Below are positions 28,537-38,559 of a stretch of DNA of 64,000 nucleotides, one piece after another. The first letter of the stretch is position 1. Each line of letters begins with the position of its first letter. The stretch covers positions 1-64,000 of the forward strand of contig JBBIRS010000002.1 of assembly GCA_037441675.1 (NCBI GenBank), read 5' to 3'. The stretch comes from Planctomycetales bacterium (GTDB taxonomy: Bacteria; 4484-113). Under the pieces are notes generated by a model. The model searched no databases. It was not told where the DNA came from and was given only the letters and a program-made list of their open reading frames with translations. The translations under genes and the position numbers were made by a program.

Positions 28537-31260
28537 TTAGGCTGACAAAAACTCCCTTAATCTGTTGATTGCGTCTGGGATTTTTCTAGCATCTTTAGCA
28601 CCTGCTTCGGCAAAGAGGTCTTTACCACCGCCACCACCACCGCAAACTTTGGCGATCTCGCGAATAAGGTCAGACGCCTTAAGATTGCGTGAGGGAAGTT
28701 CCTCTGAGACTTTCAAGCTTAGAGAGAGTTTATCCACGCCTTTTGAAATAAGTAATATGCAGTAGGGCTTTTTGCCAGCTTTAACTAGCTCGCGCTCAGC
28801 GCGGTCAATGACGGTCTTGAGGTCATCACGAGTAGCTTCAGATACTTCACCAACTACAAGTTGAATATCCTTAATCTGCTCGGGAGAAGCAACATTTTCC
28901 TTAATCTCACTGAACAGCGCGCCGCGCTTTAGATTCATCAGCTCCTCGTGCATTGAATCAAGACGTGCGCGAACACCATCAATTGTGGGGATAAGCTCAT
29001 CAAGACGAATGTTGAATGTGCGAAGTAGATTCTGCGTTGTCCAGCGAAAGTCCTGATGGAAGCGAAAGGCAACCTCGCCAGTTGCAGCCTCTATTCTACG
29101 GATACCGCTTTGGACGCTTTCCTCACGAATGAGAACAAAGCTTCCCGCTTGTGATGTGCGCGATAGATGCGTTCCTCCGCATAGCTCCCGAGAAACTTGC
29201 TTACCATCTTCGCCAATGTTGATGACGCGTACAATTTCGCCGTACTTCTCCTCAAATACCGCTGTTACACCTTGCCGCTTGGCGTCAATTAAGGGCATTT
29301 CTTGGCTCCATACAGGATAGTCCGCTAGAATAATTTCGTTAACGATCTCCTCAACCTTGCGCATTTCATCATCCGTCATCGCTTGAAAGTGTGAGAAGTC
29401 AAAACGAACTCGGTCGGGGTATAGCTGGGAGCCAGCCTGGGAAATGTGCTCGCCGAGAATTACTTTGAGCGCCTTCAGAGATGCGTGAGCCATTGTGTGC
29501 GCACGCATAACCGCACGACGGCGACGTTCATCAACCAGAAGATTAACAATATCGCCCGCTTGCAACGTTTCAGCTGAGCCTTCCTCAAAGAAGCCAAGAT
29601 GCTCCCCGCGATTCTTGCTATCAATGACGATAAACTTCACTCCATCCTTAATGATAACGCCCGTGTCCCCCGGCTGTCCGCCTGCCTCCGCATAAAAGGA
29701 CGTGCGGTTCGTATAGAGTAGGTAAAGTGGTTTACCCTTTGGGACTTCAGGGATAGTGTCCTTCTCCCTCTTCTCCGCGTCCAGCTTGCCAGTGAATGGC
29801 GAGATTCCGACGAAACTCGCCTCTGCGCTAAGGGTATCATATCCAAGAAATTCAACATCGTTGTTTGCGTTATTCTTTGACACGCTAACCTCCGTTCCGA
29901 AGTTTGTGACAAATTCCGCGGCGGCGCGCCCGCGCTGTCGTTGTTTTTCCATTTCCTCTTCAAACTCCTCCTCGTTCACATCAAAGCCCTGAAGCTTGGC
30001 GAATTCCTTGGCGACCTCAAAGGGAAAGCCATAAGTGTCGTGAAGTGTGAATAGGAACTTGCCTGAAAGCGGGGCATGCTCGCCAGTGCGTTCAATCTCT
30101 CCCATTAGGTCAATGTAGCCACGCTCTAGGACTTTGAGAAAATTCTCCTCCTCCTTCGCAAGCCAAGTTAGGACGCCAGACTTATTTGTGACAAGCTCGG
30201 GGTAAAATTCACCCATCTTGGAAATGACAAGTTCCGCAGGCCCGGTGAGGAACGTCTTGCGGACGCCAAGCAGATAAGTGGTTTTAATAATTCTCCTGAT
30301 TAAGCGCCTAAGCACATAGCCCCTGTCAAGGTTTGAAGGTGTAACTCCGTCCGCGAGGAGGAAGACTGCGGAGCGGGTGTGGTCGGATAGGAGAAAGTAG
30401 GGGTCATAAGCAAGTTCGGATTCTTTCACCGAAAGGGTGGATTTGTCCTGCTCGGCACTCAAAGCGGATGAACTTACAAGATTCTTGTAGTATTGAATAA
30501 GATAATCAAAGAGGTCGGTTTCAAAGGCGCTCTTCTTACCTTGAAGGACAACGCAGGCGCGCTCCAAACCCATTCCCGTATCAATGTTCTTTTTCGGTAG
30601 TGGAGTAAGCATGCCCTGTTCATTGCGGTAGAACTCCATAAACACGAGATTCCAAACTTCAAGGAGGCGCCCCGATTCTTCAAGCTCGTCAAAATGAGTT
30701 GAGTCTGTAACGCTTAGCTTTGAGTCGCGCTCAAGGTCAAAGAAAATCTCAGTGTCATAACCGCAGGGACCAACATCTCCCGCAGCCCAGAGGTTATGCT
30801 CATCGCCGCGGGCGATGATTCTAGATGGCTTTACGCCCACTTCTTTCTCCCACTCCCGAGGCGCAACATCGTCATTCTTATGAACGCTTATATGAAGAAA
30901 CGCACTGTCAAGCCCAAGCCAGCGCTTGTCCGTGAGAAACTCCCAAGCGAAAATAATGGCTTCGCGCTTGAAGTAATCGCCGAAGGAAAAGTTACCGAGC
31001 ATTTCAAAAAAGGTGTTATGGCGATTTGTAAAGCCGACTTTTTCAATATCAACGGTGCGGATGCACTTCTGGCAGGAGGCGAGGCGGGGTGCAGGTGGGG
31101 CTTCCTTTCCCTCAAAGTAGCGCTTGAGCGGAGCCATACCAGCATTTATGAGGAGGATTGACGGGTCGGCAAGCGGAACAAGGGAAGCGGACGGAATGAC
31201 GCGGTGGTCTTTCTCCGCGAAGAAATACAAGAACTTTTGCCTAATTTCACTTGAGTGCAT
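28537..31260 (-). CDS. alaS: Alanine--tRNA ligase
   Basis: HNTFFEMLGNFSFGDYFK, IDTGMGLER, editing HxxxH and ELCGGTH, C-Ala GGGGG. Confidence 0.98.
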   Translation of the reverse strand: MHSSEIRQKFLYFFAEKDHRVIPSASLVPLADPSILLINAGMAPLKRYFEGKEAPPAPRLASCQKCIRTVDIEKVGFTNRHNTFFEMLGNFSFGDYFKREAIIFAWEFLTDKRWLGLDSAFLHISVHKNDDVAPREWEKEVGVKPSRIIARGDEHNLWAAGDVGPCGYDTEIFFDLERDSKLSVTDSTHFDELEESGRLLEVWNLVFMEFYRNEQGMLTPLPKKNIDTGMGLERACVVLQGKKSAFETDLFDYLIQYYKNLVSSSALSAEQDKSTLSVKESELAYDPYFLLSDHTRSAVFLLADGVTPSNLDRGYVLRRLIRRIIKTTYLLGVRKTFLTGPAELVISKMGEFYPELVTNKSGVLTWLAKEEENFLKVLERGYIDLMGEIERTGEHAPLSGKFLFTLHDTYGFPFEVAKEFAKLQGFDVNEEEFEEEMEKQRQRGRAAAEFVTNFGTEVSVSKNNANNDVEFLGYDTLSAEASFVGISPFTGKLDAEKREKDTIPEVPKGKPLYLLYTNRTSFYAEAGGQPGDTGVIIKDGVKFIVIDSKNRGEHLGFFEEGSAETLQAGDIVNLLVDERRRRAVMRAHTMAHASLKALKVILGEHISQAGSQLYPDRVRFDFSHFQAMTDDEMRKVEEIVNEIILADYPVWSQEMPLIDAKRQGVTAVFEEKYGEIVRVINIGEDGKQVSRELCGGTHLSRTSQAGSFVLIREESVQSGIRRIEAATGEVAFRFHQDFRWTTQNLLRTFNIRLDELIPTIDGVRARLDSMHEELMNLKRGALFSEIKENVASPEQIKDIQLVVGEVSEATRDDLKTVIDRAERELVKAGKKPYCILLISKGVDKLSLSLKVSEELPSRNLKASDLIREIAKVCGGGGGGKDLFAEAGAKDARKIPDAINRLREFLSA

Positions 31261-31510
31261 AGCGCAACCTATTATGTTACCACGCTAAATGAATTTTGGG
31301 ACTTGTTGCGGGCAGACACTAGGCAGTAGAGCCGATGGAAAATGAATTAGCCTTAAGGGCTGAAGGATTTGACTTTGGCGAGGGATTAAACTTTTGGGCT
31401 TGAGCTTTGACTTAGTTCTTTGTTAGACGGGGCAATTAGGCTGAGGGGGAGTAAGCGTTCCGTTTGCGAAATTGTAGTGGACAAATCCCTTTGCTAGAAT
31501 AATTTATGAA

Positions 31511-31594
31511 GCCGAAGTGGCGGAATGGCAGACGCGCTAGGTTCAGGACCTAGTGGGGGTTATCCCCGTGGGGGTTCGACTCCCCCCTTCGGCA
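31511..31594 (+). tRNA. tRNA-Leu (anticodon CAG)
   Basis: Acceptor stem GCCGAAG/CTTCGGC, anticodon arm CTAGG-TTCAGGA-CCTAG, long variable arm, GGTTCGACTCC; no encoded CCA. Confidence 0.96.
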
Positions 31595-31751
31595 TAATGG
31601 ATTGCTTAAGTTAGGATTGCACGAGTTAAAGAAAGTATTTTTTAAGAGCTTTAATACTCTTATTGTGCGCCCCTTTTCCCGTCTCTTGAAAGAAAGTTTC
31701 AAAACACTACTACTACCAGTGGAATTAAGAAAAGAGGATAGGAGAAGAAAC

Positions 31752-32713
31752 GTGAAAAAGGAAATATTGGTCGTTATGTGTGTTTTTTTTCTTGGACTAA
31801 TCCCAAGTCCGCTCATTGCAATGGCCGAAAATTCCGACACCGCTAAAATTTCAGAACCTGTCTTGGTTAATTTAATTGAAGATTGTAGCAATGAACCATC
31901 TTATTTAGCCCCACTAGTTATATATGAGAATGGAGAGTATCGTTCTCTTAAATATGAACTCAATTATGATTGGACGGAAGGATCGGATACACCCCGCTTT
32001 ACAAACCTAGATAAAGCGTAAAAGATACTACGACTCTTTGAAAGTAGCAAGTTCTGGTTATTTCATCAAGGTTGGTTAATTGGAGAGTTTAATGCAACGG
32101 GGAGAAGAACCTTAGCTGGTAGCTATTTAAGATTTTATTTGGAAGGGCATATATCCGGGGAAAACTCAGCTGACGTCCATTCACGGCTGATACTTGTCAC
32201 GAATCAGACCATTGACCAGTCATTTTTGTATAAGAATACTCTAACTCAAACCCAGACCGTAGGACTGAAAAAGATAAGTAATGCTGCTTTCTCTACCGTC
32301 TTTGAGAAATTTAAGCTCATTCCCAAATGGTTTGCCAGGGCTTCGACTCCCGAGATTGAGCTAATGGATTTGAACCGCGATGGTCAACCTGAAGTTTATA
32401 TGTCTGACCAACGAACATACCTGAAAGAATCACGAGATTATTTTGTAGAGATAGTAGCCGGATACAATCTCCTTCTTACCTTTAAGAATAACCAGTGGGT
32501 AAGCCTCCTTAAGGGATATTGGTCACGCCATGACGATGAAGTTGAGACAGAAGGAGTGGGGAACTCTTATATCTAACCGATTGACATTGATGGAGATGGT
32601 GTAGCGGAGCTTATCATTGAATAGGTCATATACGAGCTCTTGCGTTTTTATATTTATCGCAGGAAGGAGATCGGTTTGTGAAGGTCTTTCATATCGTCGA
32701 TGGTGGCGCTTAG
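31752..32713 (+). pseudogene. Decayed secreted protein with DxDxDG (FG-GAP/VCBS-like) motifs
   Basis: GTG start and signal peptide. The same frame continues through TAA 32019, TAA 32574 and TAG 32622. Motifs DLNRDGQPE and DIDGDGVAE; probable late frameshift near 32665. Confidence 0.75.
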
Positions 32714-32893
32714 CCCTACTCGCCGTAGTTTGTGTAACTATGAAGAACTCTAATTCTCTCCTACGCGACTTATGAAAAAAAGAATTGGCGCTTCATAGGT
32801 GTAGGAATGGAAAGCCATCGGGAGGATTTGAATTAGCAAAGTATTAGATAAGGCATAAGTGAGGCTTCAGCCGTGGATTGCTAGTTGAGAAAC

Positions 32894-32953
32894 GGCGTAA
32901 GCAGACTTTGCGCCCTACAAGGATATTCGGCGCAATACAAGTTCGCGCCCTAG
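32894..32953. repeat. Two REP-like hairpins in tandem
   Basis: GGCGTAA-N7-TTGCGCC-CTAC and GGCGCAA-N7-TCGCGCC-CTAG, 35 nt apart. Confidence 0.5.
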
Positions 32954-32985
32954 TGGGCTATAATCCTTACACGAGGATTTTTATT

Positions 32986-33510
32986 ATGCCAAGAATCAAC
33001 AATGTGAATCTAGATGGAGTGCAAGCGTTTCTTGAAGCGATTAAGGCAGAGCCTGCGAAGGCACGCAAAACGCAGGTGATTGAGGGCGAGTGGCTCTTTG
33101 AAGGAAACTCTCAGTTTCGCTCGGTCGTGGGCTTTGAAGGTGGACAAGCGACCATTGAAGCGGATAACCCAACCTTTATGGGCGGAAGAGGGACGCTTCC
33201 CGGGCCCATGCAATACTGCTTCTACGGATTTGCTTCTTGTTATACCGGCGTCTTTGCCACGATGGCGTCAATGCTGGGAATTGAGCTAAAGAAGCTTTCC
33301 GTCCGAGTTGAGGCGGACATAAACTTTGAGAAAGTTTTTGGCATAAGCGATGCGCCGATCATAGAGGAAATCCGAGTGAAGATTTCCGTTGCGTCCGATG
33401 CGCCAGAGGAAAAAATCCGTGAAGCGGAAAGACTCGCTCAGGAAAGATGCCCCGCGGTTTATACGCTTGGCAACATCATCCCTTTGAAGCCAAGCCTGGA
33501 AATTCAATAA
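32986..33510 (+). CDS. OsmC-family protein
   Basis: ATG 32986 after GAGGA; INNVNLD start; GPMQYC..GFASC and ERCP cysteines. Confidence 0.88.
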   Translation: MPRINNVNLDGVQAFLEAIKAEPAKARKTQVIEGEWLFEGNSQFRSVVGFEGGQATIEADNPTFMGGRGTLPGPMQYCFYGFASCYTGVFATMASMLGIELKKLSVRVEADINFEKVFGISDAPIIEEIRVKISVASDAPEEKIREAERLAQERCPAVYTLGNIIPLKPSLEIQ

Positions 33511-33564
33511 TTAGGGTAATTGGTAAGCTACAAAGCTTAGAAATTAAGTATTCTGTAGGTAATT

Positions 33565-34968
33565 CTACAAGGTGTTGCTATTTCTATTCACGCCGTGCAT
33601 TTTTCCGCGGGCAAGGCTGGCGAAAACGCCAATGAGGCTTAATCCTGAGAAGAGCAGAAACGCAATTCTCGCGCTTACTATAAGGTCTTTTGCGTTCTCC
33701 ACTGTAATTTCCGTTTTACCAATAATCAGCGCAAAAATTAGCATCACGAGACTCATTGAAAGCATCATTCCAATGAGACGCATAGTGCCGATTGTTCCGG
33801 AGGCTAGCGCATAAAACCGGTTGTCAACGGAACTCATAATTGCGTTTGTATTTGGTGAGGAGAACAACGCAAATCCAAAGCCAATGAGGATAAGAACTGC
33901 TATTATGAATGACAAGCTAATCGTGCTGGAAAGAAAGCTGAATAGAAGTAGCGAAATAACTGAGAGGGACATTCCGATGGAGGCAACGATTCTAGGTTCA
34001 ATAAAATCCGAAAGCATTCCGGCAAGGGGCGAAAAGAGAGCCATAACCACCGGTTGAGCGATCAAGATTAGCCCCGCGGTTTGTGGTGAATATCCACGAA
34101 CAGATTGGAGATAAAGACTTAAGAGGAAGCCAACTGCAAAAGTTCCGCTGTAATGAAGAAGCGCGGCAAGATTTGAGAATGCGAAGATACGATTACTAAG
34201 AAGGAGCTTGACGTTGAAAACTGGAGCTTGCGTCTTCATTTCCCATCCGATAAAAGAAAATAGCCCAACAATCCCTAGGACAAGCAATACTAAGCCTAGA
34301 AATGACGGGAGCCTAGACATACCATAAACCAAAAAAAATAGACTCAGCGCAAATAGACAGGAACCAAAAACGTCTAACTTTTCTCCACGCGCCTCCGCCC
34401 ATTCGCCCTTTAGTTGCCAAAGAGCAACAAGGATTACGAAAATTCCTAGAGGCACATTCGCCCAAAATACAGAGCGCCAGCCGAAGTGTTCGGTAAGGAT
34501 GCCACCGGCGAAGGGCCCAATGGTAAGTCCGAGATAAACAGCGGAAACGTTTATGCCAAATACCCTGCCACGTTCTCCGGGGGGAAATACAGAGGCTAAG
34601 ATTGCACCCGCAGTACCAAAGGTCATCGAAGCGCCGATACCTTGAATTACACGAAAGATAATCAAAATTGCGCCTGAGGCTGATAAGGCGCAAAGGAGTG
34701 ATGCTAATGTGTAGGTTATTATTCCAAGTATAAATAGAAGTTTCCGACCATAAATATCAGCGATACGACCAAATGGAACTAGCAACATTGCTGATGCCAA
34801 GAGCTGAGAAGTTGCAACCCAGTTCAAGAGAATCGCATTAAGTGCAAACTCTTTGCCTATGACAGGAATGGCAATGTTGATGGAGGCACCCATAAATGGG
34901 GTCAGAAAGGATGCAAGAGTAGCCACCAACAGCGCAGAGCGTTTTATAGCCGGCGTGACGGTATCCAT
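33565..34968 (-). CDS. MFS transporter, DHA2 (14-TM) drug:H+ antiporter-like
   Basis: Motif A GRIADIYGRK, FRVIQGIG, GWRSVFW, FSSPNTNAIM. Confidence 0.92.
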   Translation of the reverse strand: MDTVTPAIKRSALLVATLASFLTPFMGASINIAIPVIGKEFALNAILLNWVATSQLLASAMLLVPFGRIADIYGRKLLFILGIITYTLASLLCALSASGAILIIFRVIQGIGASMTFGTAGAILASVFPPGERGRVFGINVSAVYLGLTIGPFAGGILTEHFGWRSVFWANVPLGIFVILVALWQLKGEWAEARGEKLDVFGSCLFALSLFFLVYGMSRLPSFLGLVLLVLGIVGLFSFIGWEMKTQAPVFNVKLLLSNRIFAFSNLAALLHYSGTFAVGFLLSLYLQSVRGYSPQTAGLILIAQPVVMALFSPLAGMLSDFIEPRIVASIGMSLSVISLLLFSFLSSTISLSFIIAVLILIGFGFALFSSPNTNAIMSSVDNRFYALASGTIGTMRLIGMMLSMSLVMLIFALIIGKTEITVENAKDLIVSARIAFLLFSGLSLIGVFASLARGKMHGVNRNSNTL

Positions 34969-35024
34969 TGGAACTGCGGATATTCTACCCTACTATGCAT
35001 TATGGAAGAAAATGTCCACCTATG

Positions 35025-36140
35025 TTACTCCACCCAGTCCGCGATGAAAATGTTAGTTTCGCGGGGCGTGATGCCGTTCCTATTGCTAGCCCAGACGAGC
35101 TTCTTCCCATCTGGGGAAAACATCGGAAAGCTCTCAAATTCACCGCCGAAAGTTACTTGCTCAATCTCCTTCGTTTCAATATCAACGAGGTAAAGCTCAA
35201 AGTTTCTGCCTTTAGAATCATTCATATTACTCGCAAAGATTACCTTCTTGCCATCAGGAGTGAAGAATGGAGCGAAATTTGCGGCTCCGTTGTTAGTGAG
35301 CTTCACACGCCCTGAACCATCCGCATTCATTATGTAAATCTCGAGGTTCATTGGTTTTATCACGTGTTCCTCACGCAAGAGCTGAAAGTACTCATCAAGG
35401 TCTTCTTTGGTCTTAGGGCGGTTTGCACGCCAGACAATTTTGGTGCCATCGACATTGAAAAACGCTCCTCCGTCATAGCCTGCGGTGTGGGTTAATTGAC
35501 GGAGGTTACTGCCGTCAGGATTCATCAGCCAAAGCTCCAAGTCTCCAGTTCGGTCACTAGTAAAAATAATCTCCCCTGTCACTGGATTTACGGTTGCCTC
35601 AGCGTCATAACCCCAGGAATTCGTGATATTCACAGGCTCGCCCCCATCAAGCTTCTGCCGGTATATCTCATACTCTGGATGAAGTTTCCAGATATACCCC
35701 TTCGAATAATCAAGGGGCGGGGGAGGACTTTCCATATACTCATGGGTAGAAGAGTAGATAACATCCTCATCACCTAGAAGGAAATACCCGCAAGTTGTAA
35801 CCCCTTTTCCTGGGCTTATCTGCCTAACACCACTGCCATCAATATTCATAACGAAGATACGATCAGCAGGATAACTTCCATGGGTTGATTGAAGGATAAG
35901 TTTATCGCCAGCAAAGGAAAAGTAAGCCTCGGCGTTCTGCCCGCCGAAGGTTAGTTGGCGAATGTTCTTCAAATGTCTTTCCTCACCCGGAAATAATTTC
36001 GGTTGAGGATATGCGCTGGAGTCGTTTTGCTCTGCCGATAATGGGGCTGTATATGCGAGGAAAAACACAAAAAGAAGTGTAGCTATGAGACCTAAAAGCA
36101 TACACATAGCCGACAAGAAACTTCTTGCATAATGTGGCAT
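35025..36140 (-). CDS. TolB-like PD40-repeat beta-propeller protein
   Basis: Signal peptide; repeats AEAYFSFAG, YDAEAT, GGAFF, APFFTPDGK, FPMFSPDGKK. Start ATG 36140 inferred. Confidence 0.85.
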   Translation of the reverse strand: MPHYARSFLSAMCMLLGLIATLLFVFFLAYTAPLSAEQNDSSAYPQPKLFPGEERHLKNIRQLTFGGQNAEAYFSFAGDKLILQSTHGSYPADRIFVMNIDGSGVRQISPGKGVTTCGYFLLGDEDVIYSSTHEYMESPPPPLDYSKGYIWKLHPEYEIYRQKLDGGEPVNITNSWGYDAEATVNPVTGEIIFTSDRTGDLELWLMNPDGSNLRQLTHTAGYDGGAFFNVDGTKIVWRANRPKTKEDLDEYFQLLREEHVIKPMNLEIYIMNADGSGRVKLTNNGAANFAPFFTPDGKKVIFASNMNDSKGRNFELYLVDIETKEIEQVTFGGEFESFPMFSPDGKKLVWASNRNGITPRETNIFIADWVE

Positions 36141-36177
36141 TGTTAAACTCTCCAAGATAAGTTTACTTATGACTGAT

Positions 36178-37719
36178 TTACTGCTGAGGTTGTTCAGGTG
36201 GAGACTCTGCCCCTTGAGGTCGGGTAGTACCGCCACCATTGGAAAAAACGTTAAACCCGGTAATGAAGGTTGCGAGACTCTGTATCACATCCCGATAAGT
36301 GAGCTTAAATCCTTTTGGCGGAACATATATAACATCACCAGGCATTACAGCGTAGTTAGCGTCCGGTGGATGCCCCTTCTGAAGCTTCTTGAAGTTTACC
36401 GTGATGACCTCTGTTGGTTCTTCGGGCTTGAGAAGCTCCCGCGGATGCCGAATAAGCTGAAGCCAACCTGTGTTAGCATTATCTGTCATTCCGCCAGCCA
36501 TAGCAAGATAGTCCGCGACAGTCAGCTCAGGATTATAAGTAAATGCCCCGGCGCGGAAAACCTCGCCCAGAACAAAGACTCGGCGCTCAAAGGGAATAAG
36601 CCTAACAGTATCACCATCCTGCAGAGGGAAGTTTTCAGCCTGTTTGATACCCTCATCTGACCCGCTTAAATTCAGAACTACTCGGTTTAGTCTACCATTA
36701 TCATCTCTTCTTTCCACAATACTGTTTCTTAGATCGGCGCTAAAATCCACGCTACCACTAAGGTAAAGCAAGTCCCCTAGGGTCTCCTCCTCGAGTAATT
36801 CGTATAGACCTTCCTTGGAAACGCCCGATATTTGAACGAGCCTTTCAGGGGCAGGCACAAAAATAACATCGCCCGGTTGAAGAAGCATATTGGCAGTCTC
36901 ATTTTCACCTTGAAGAACCGCTACAAGTGGATCAATTATGTAAACCTTTGATGCTGGATCTTTTTTCCTCTCTTCCACCCATTGCCTAAGGTTAGCTCCT
37001 CCAGCTACCCCAGTAGCACCAGCTCTTAGTGGGCTCTCGGGTTTTTTCGCTCTAATGAATGTTACAGACTCCTCTTCAACTATTGAAACCGCCTCGGAGG
37101 TTGCAGTGTGTCCTACAAAGTCAGAGAAATCAAACCCTCCTCGAATAAGATGAATTTGACGGTACATTCCACTTGCGTTAATCTTCAGTGAAGATAATGC
37201 TTCAAGCAGTCGAGTGCCATTCTTTACCCGATGTACTCTTCCCGGAACATTAGTACCAAAAACATAAATTTCAAAGTAACCAAAATGAACTAGTTCTATA
37301 TCTACCAAGGGATTGACATAATACTCTCGGAATGCTTCATCAAGTTTGCGAATCGCTTGTGAAGGATAAAGACCAAGGACATTAACCGAAGCAACATAGG
37401 GAAGAGTAATATTTCCATCCGCGTCTACCACTACCTCCCATTCCTTAAACTCATTCCCATCAAATAGCTTAACTCGCAGTCTATCGTTAACCGATAGTTT
37501 ATGAAAAGCCGCAAATTTTACATCCGATGGCTCAAATATCTTTTCAACTACCTGCTCTTCTTCTGATTCAACTTTAGAAAACACAGATAAAGGGACAGAA
37601 AGGATAAGAAAAAAGAAGAGTAGCATAATAGTTAGATTAAGACTCAAGTGAAGAATGGATTCATTATCCCAAGACACAAAGTGGAAATATCTAAAAACCG
37701 AGATATTAGCCCTCTGCAT
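36178..37719 (-). CDS. Polysaccharide export protein (Wza/KpsD-like, Poly_export plus SLBB repeats)
   Basis: VDADGNITLPYV, LQPGDVIFVP, VFVLGEV..AG, AMAGG, PGDVIYVP; C-terminal amphipathic helix. True start probably downstream of 37719. Confidence 0.85.
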   Translation of the reverse strand: MQRANISVFRYFHFVSWDNESILHLSLNLTIMLLFFFLILSVPLSVFSKVESEEEQVVEKIFEPSDVKFAAFHKLSVNDRLRVKLFDGNEFKEWEVVVDADGNITLPYVASVNVLGLYPSQAIRKLDEAFREYYVNPLVDIELVHFGYFEIYVFGTNVPGRVHRVKNGTRLLEALSSLKINASGMYRQIHLIRGGFDFSDFVGHTATSEAVSIVEEESVTFIRAKKPESPLRAGATGVAGGANLRQWVEERKKDPASKVYIIDPLVAVLQGENETANMLLQPGDVIFVPAPERLVQISGVSKEGLYELLEEETLGDLLYLSGSVDFSADLRNSIVERRDDNGRLNRVVLNLSGSDEGIKQAENFPLQDGDTVRLIPFERRVFVLGEVFRAGAFTYNPELTVADYLAMAGGMTDNANTGWLQLIRHPRELLKPEEPTEVITVNFKKLQKGHPPDANYAVMPGDVIYVPPKGFKLTYRDVIQSLATFITGFNVFSNGGGTTRPQGAESPPEQPQQ

Positions 37720-37777
37720 ATTGACGTGAATTATAGCTCAAATTCGCGATCAAATACCAATGATATAATCCTGTATC

Positions 37778-38497
37778 GTGTCTGAAACTATTAAGGGAAT
37801 TATACTTGCCGGGGGGACGGGAAGTCGTCTTTTGCCTCTCACAAAAGTGACTAACAAGCACCTTCTTCCAGTTGGCAAAGAGCCAATGATTTTTCATCCC
37901 ATAAAGAAACTTGTAGAAGCAAACATTTTTGAAATACTTATAGTAACAGGAACGGAACATATGGGGGCGATTGTCCAACTACTCGGAAGTGGGAAAGACT
38001 TTGGATGCGAGTTTACCTATCGCGTCCAGGATGAAGCTGGTGGAATAGCTCAAGCTATTGGGCTAGCCAAGAATTTTGTCGGGGACAACAGAATAGTGGT
38101 GGTTCTTGGTGATAATATTTTTGAAGATATCTTGGAGCCACATATCCAAGAGTTTCTGAAACAAGATGAAGGCGCAAGGGTTTTACTTAAGGAAGTAAGC
38201 AATCCGTCCAGGTTCGGGGTGCCTACTATTGTTGATGGGAAAATAGTTGCGATTACCGAAAAACCTGAAAAGCCCGCATCCCCATACGCAATAACTGGCA
38301 TTTACTTTTATTTCCCGCACGTATTTTCAGTTATTTCAAAGCTAAAGCCATCCTGGCGAGGTGAATTGGAAATATCTGATGTAAACGATTACTATGCAAA
38401 AAATGGCACTTTGACCTATGGCTTTTTGAAAGGTTGGTGGACTGATGCTGGCACTTTTGAATCAATCAAAAGAGCAAATGAGCTCGTTAACTCTTAA
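37778..38497 (+). CDS. rfbA: Glucose-1-phosphate thymidylyltransferase (short RmlA/SpsI type)
   Basis: GIILAGGTGSRLLPLT, LGDNIF, EKP, RGELEISD, WTDAGT. Confidence 0.88.
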   Translation: MSETIKGIILAGGTGSRLLPLTKVTNKHLLPVGKEPMIFHPIKKLVEANIFEILIVTGTEHMGAIVQLLGSGKDFGCEFTYRVQDEAGGIAQAIGLAKNFVGDNRIVVVLGDNIFEDILEPHIQEFLKQDEGARVLLKEVSNPSRFGVPTIVDGKIVAITEKPEKPASPYAITGIYFYFPHVFSVISKLKPSWRGELEISDVNDYYAKNGTLTYGFLKGWWTDAGTFESIKRANELVNS

Positions 38498-38559
38498 ACG
38501 CTTGGCTTTAGTAAGCGATTTTAGAAACTGAAAGTCAAGTAATTTTCAGGAGTTTTTGC

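Noticed and set aside
31261..31500. T-box leader upstream of alaS (minus-strand AGCGTGGTAAC)
   Set aside because: Poor match to GGTGGTACC, no terminator/antiterminator, and only ~20 nt from the ATG; more likely a -10 region.
31752..32713. Stop-codon reassignment as an explanation for in-frame stops here and at 6180
   Set aside because: The interrupting stops are mixed (TAA, TAG) and come with frameshifts. Conserved genes end normally with TAA, TAG and TGA, and RF1 is intact.
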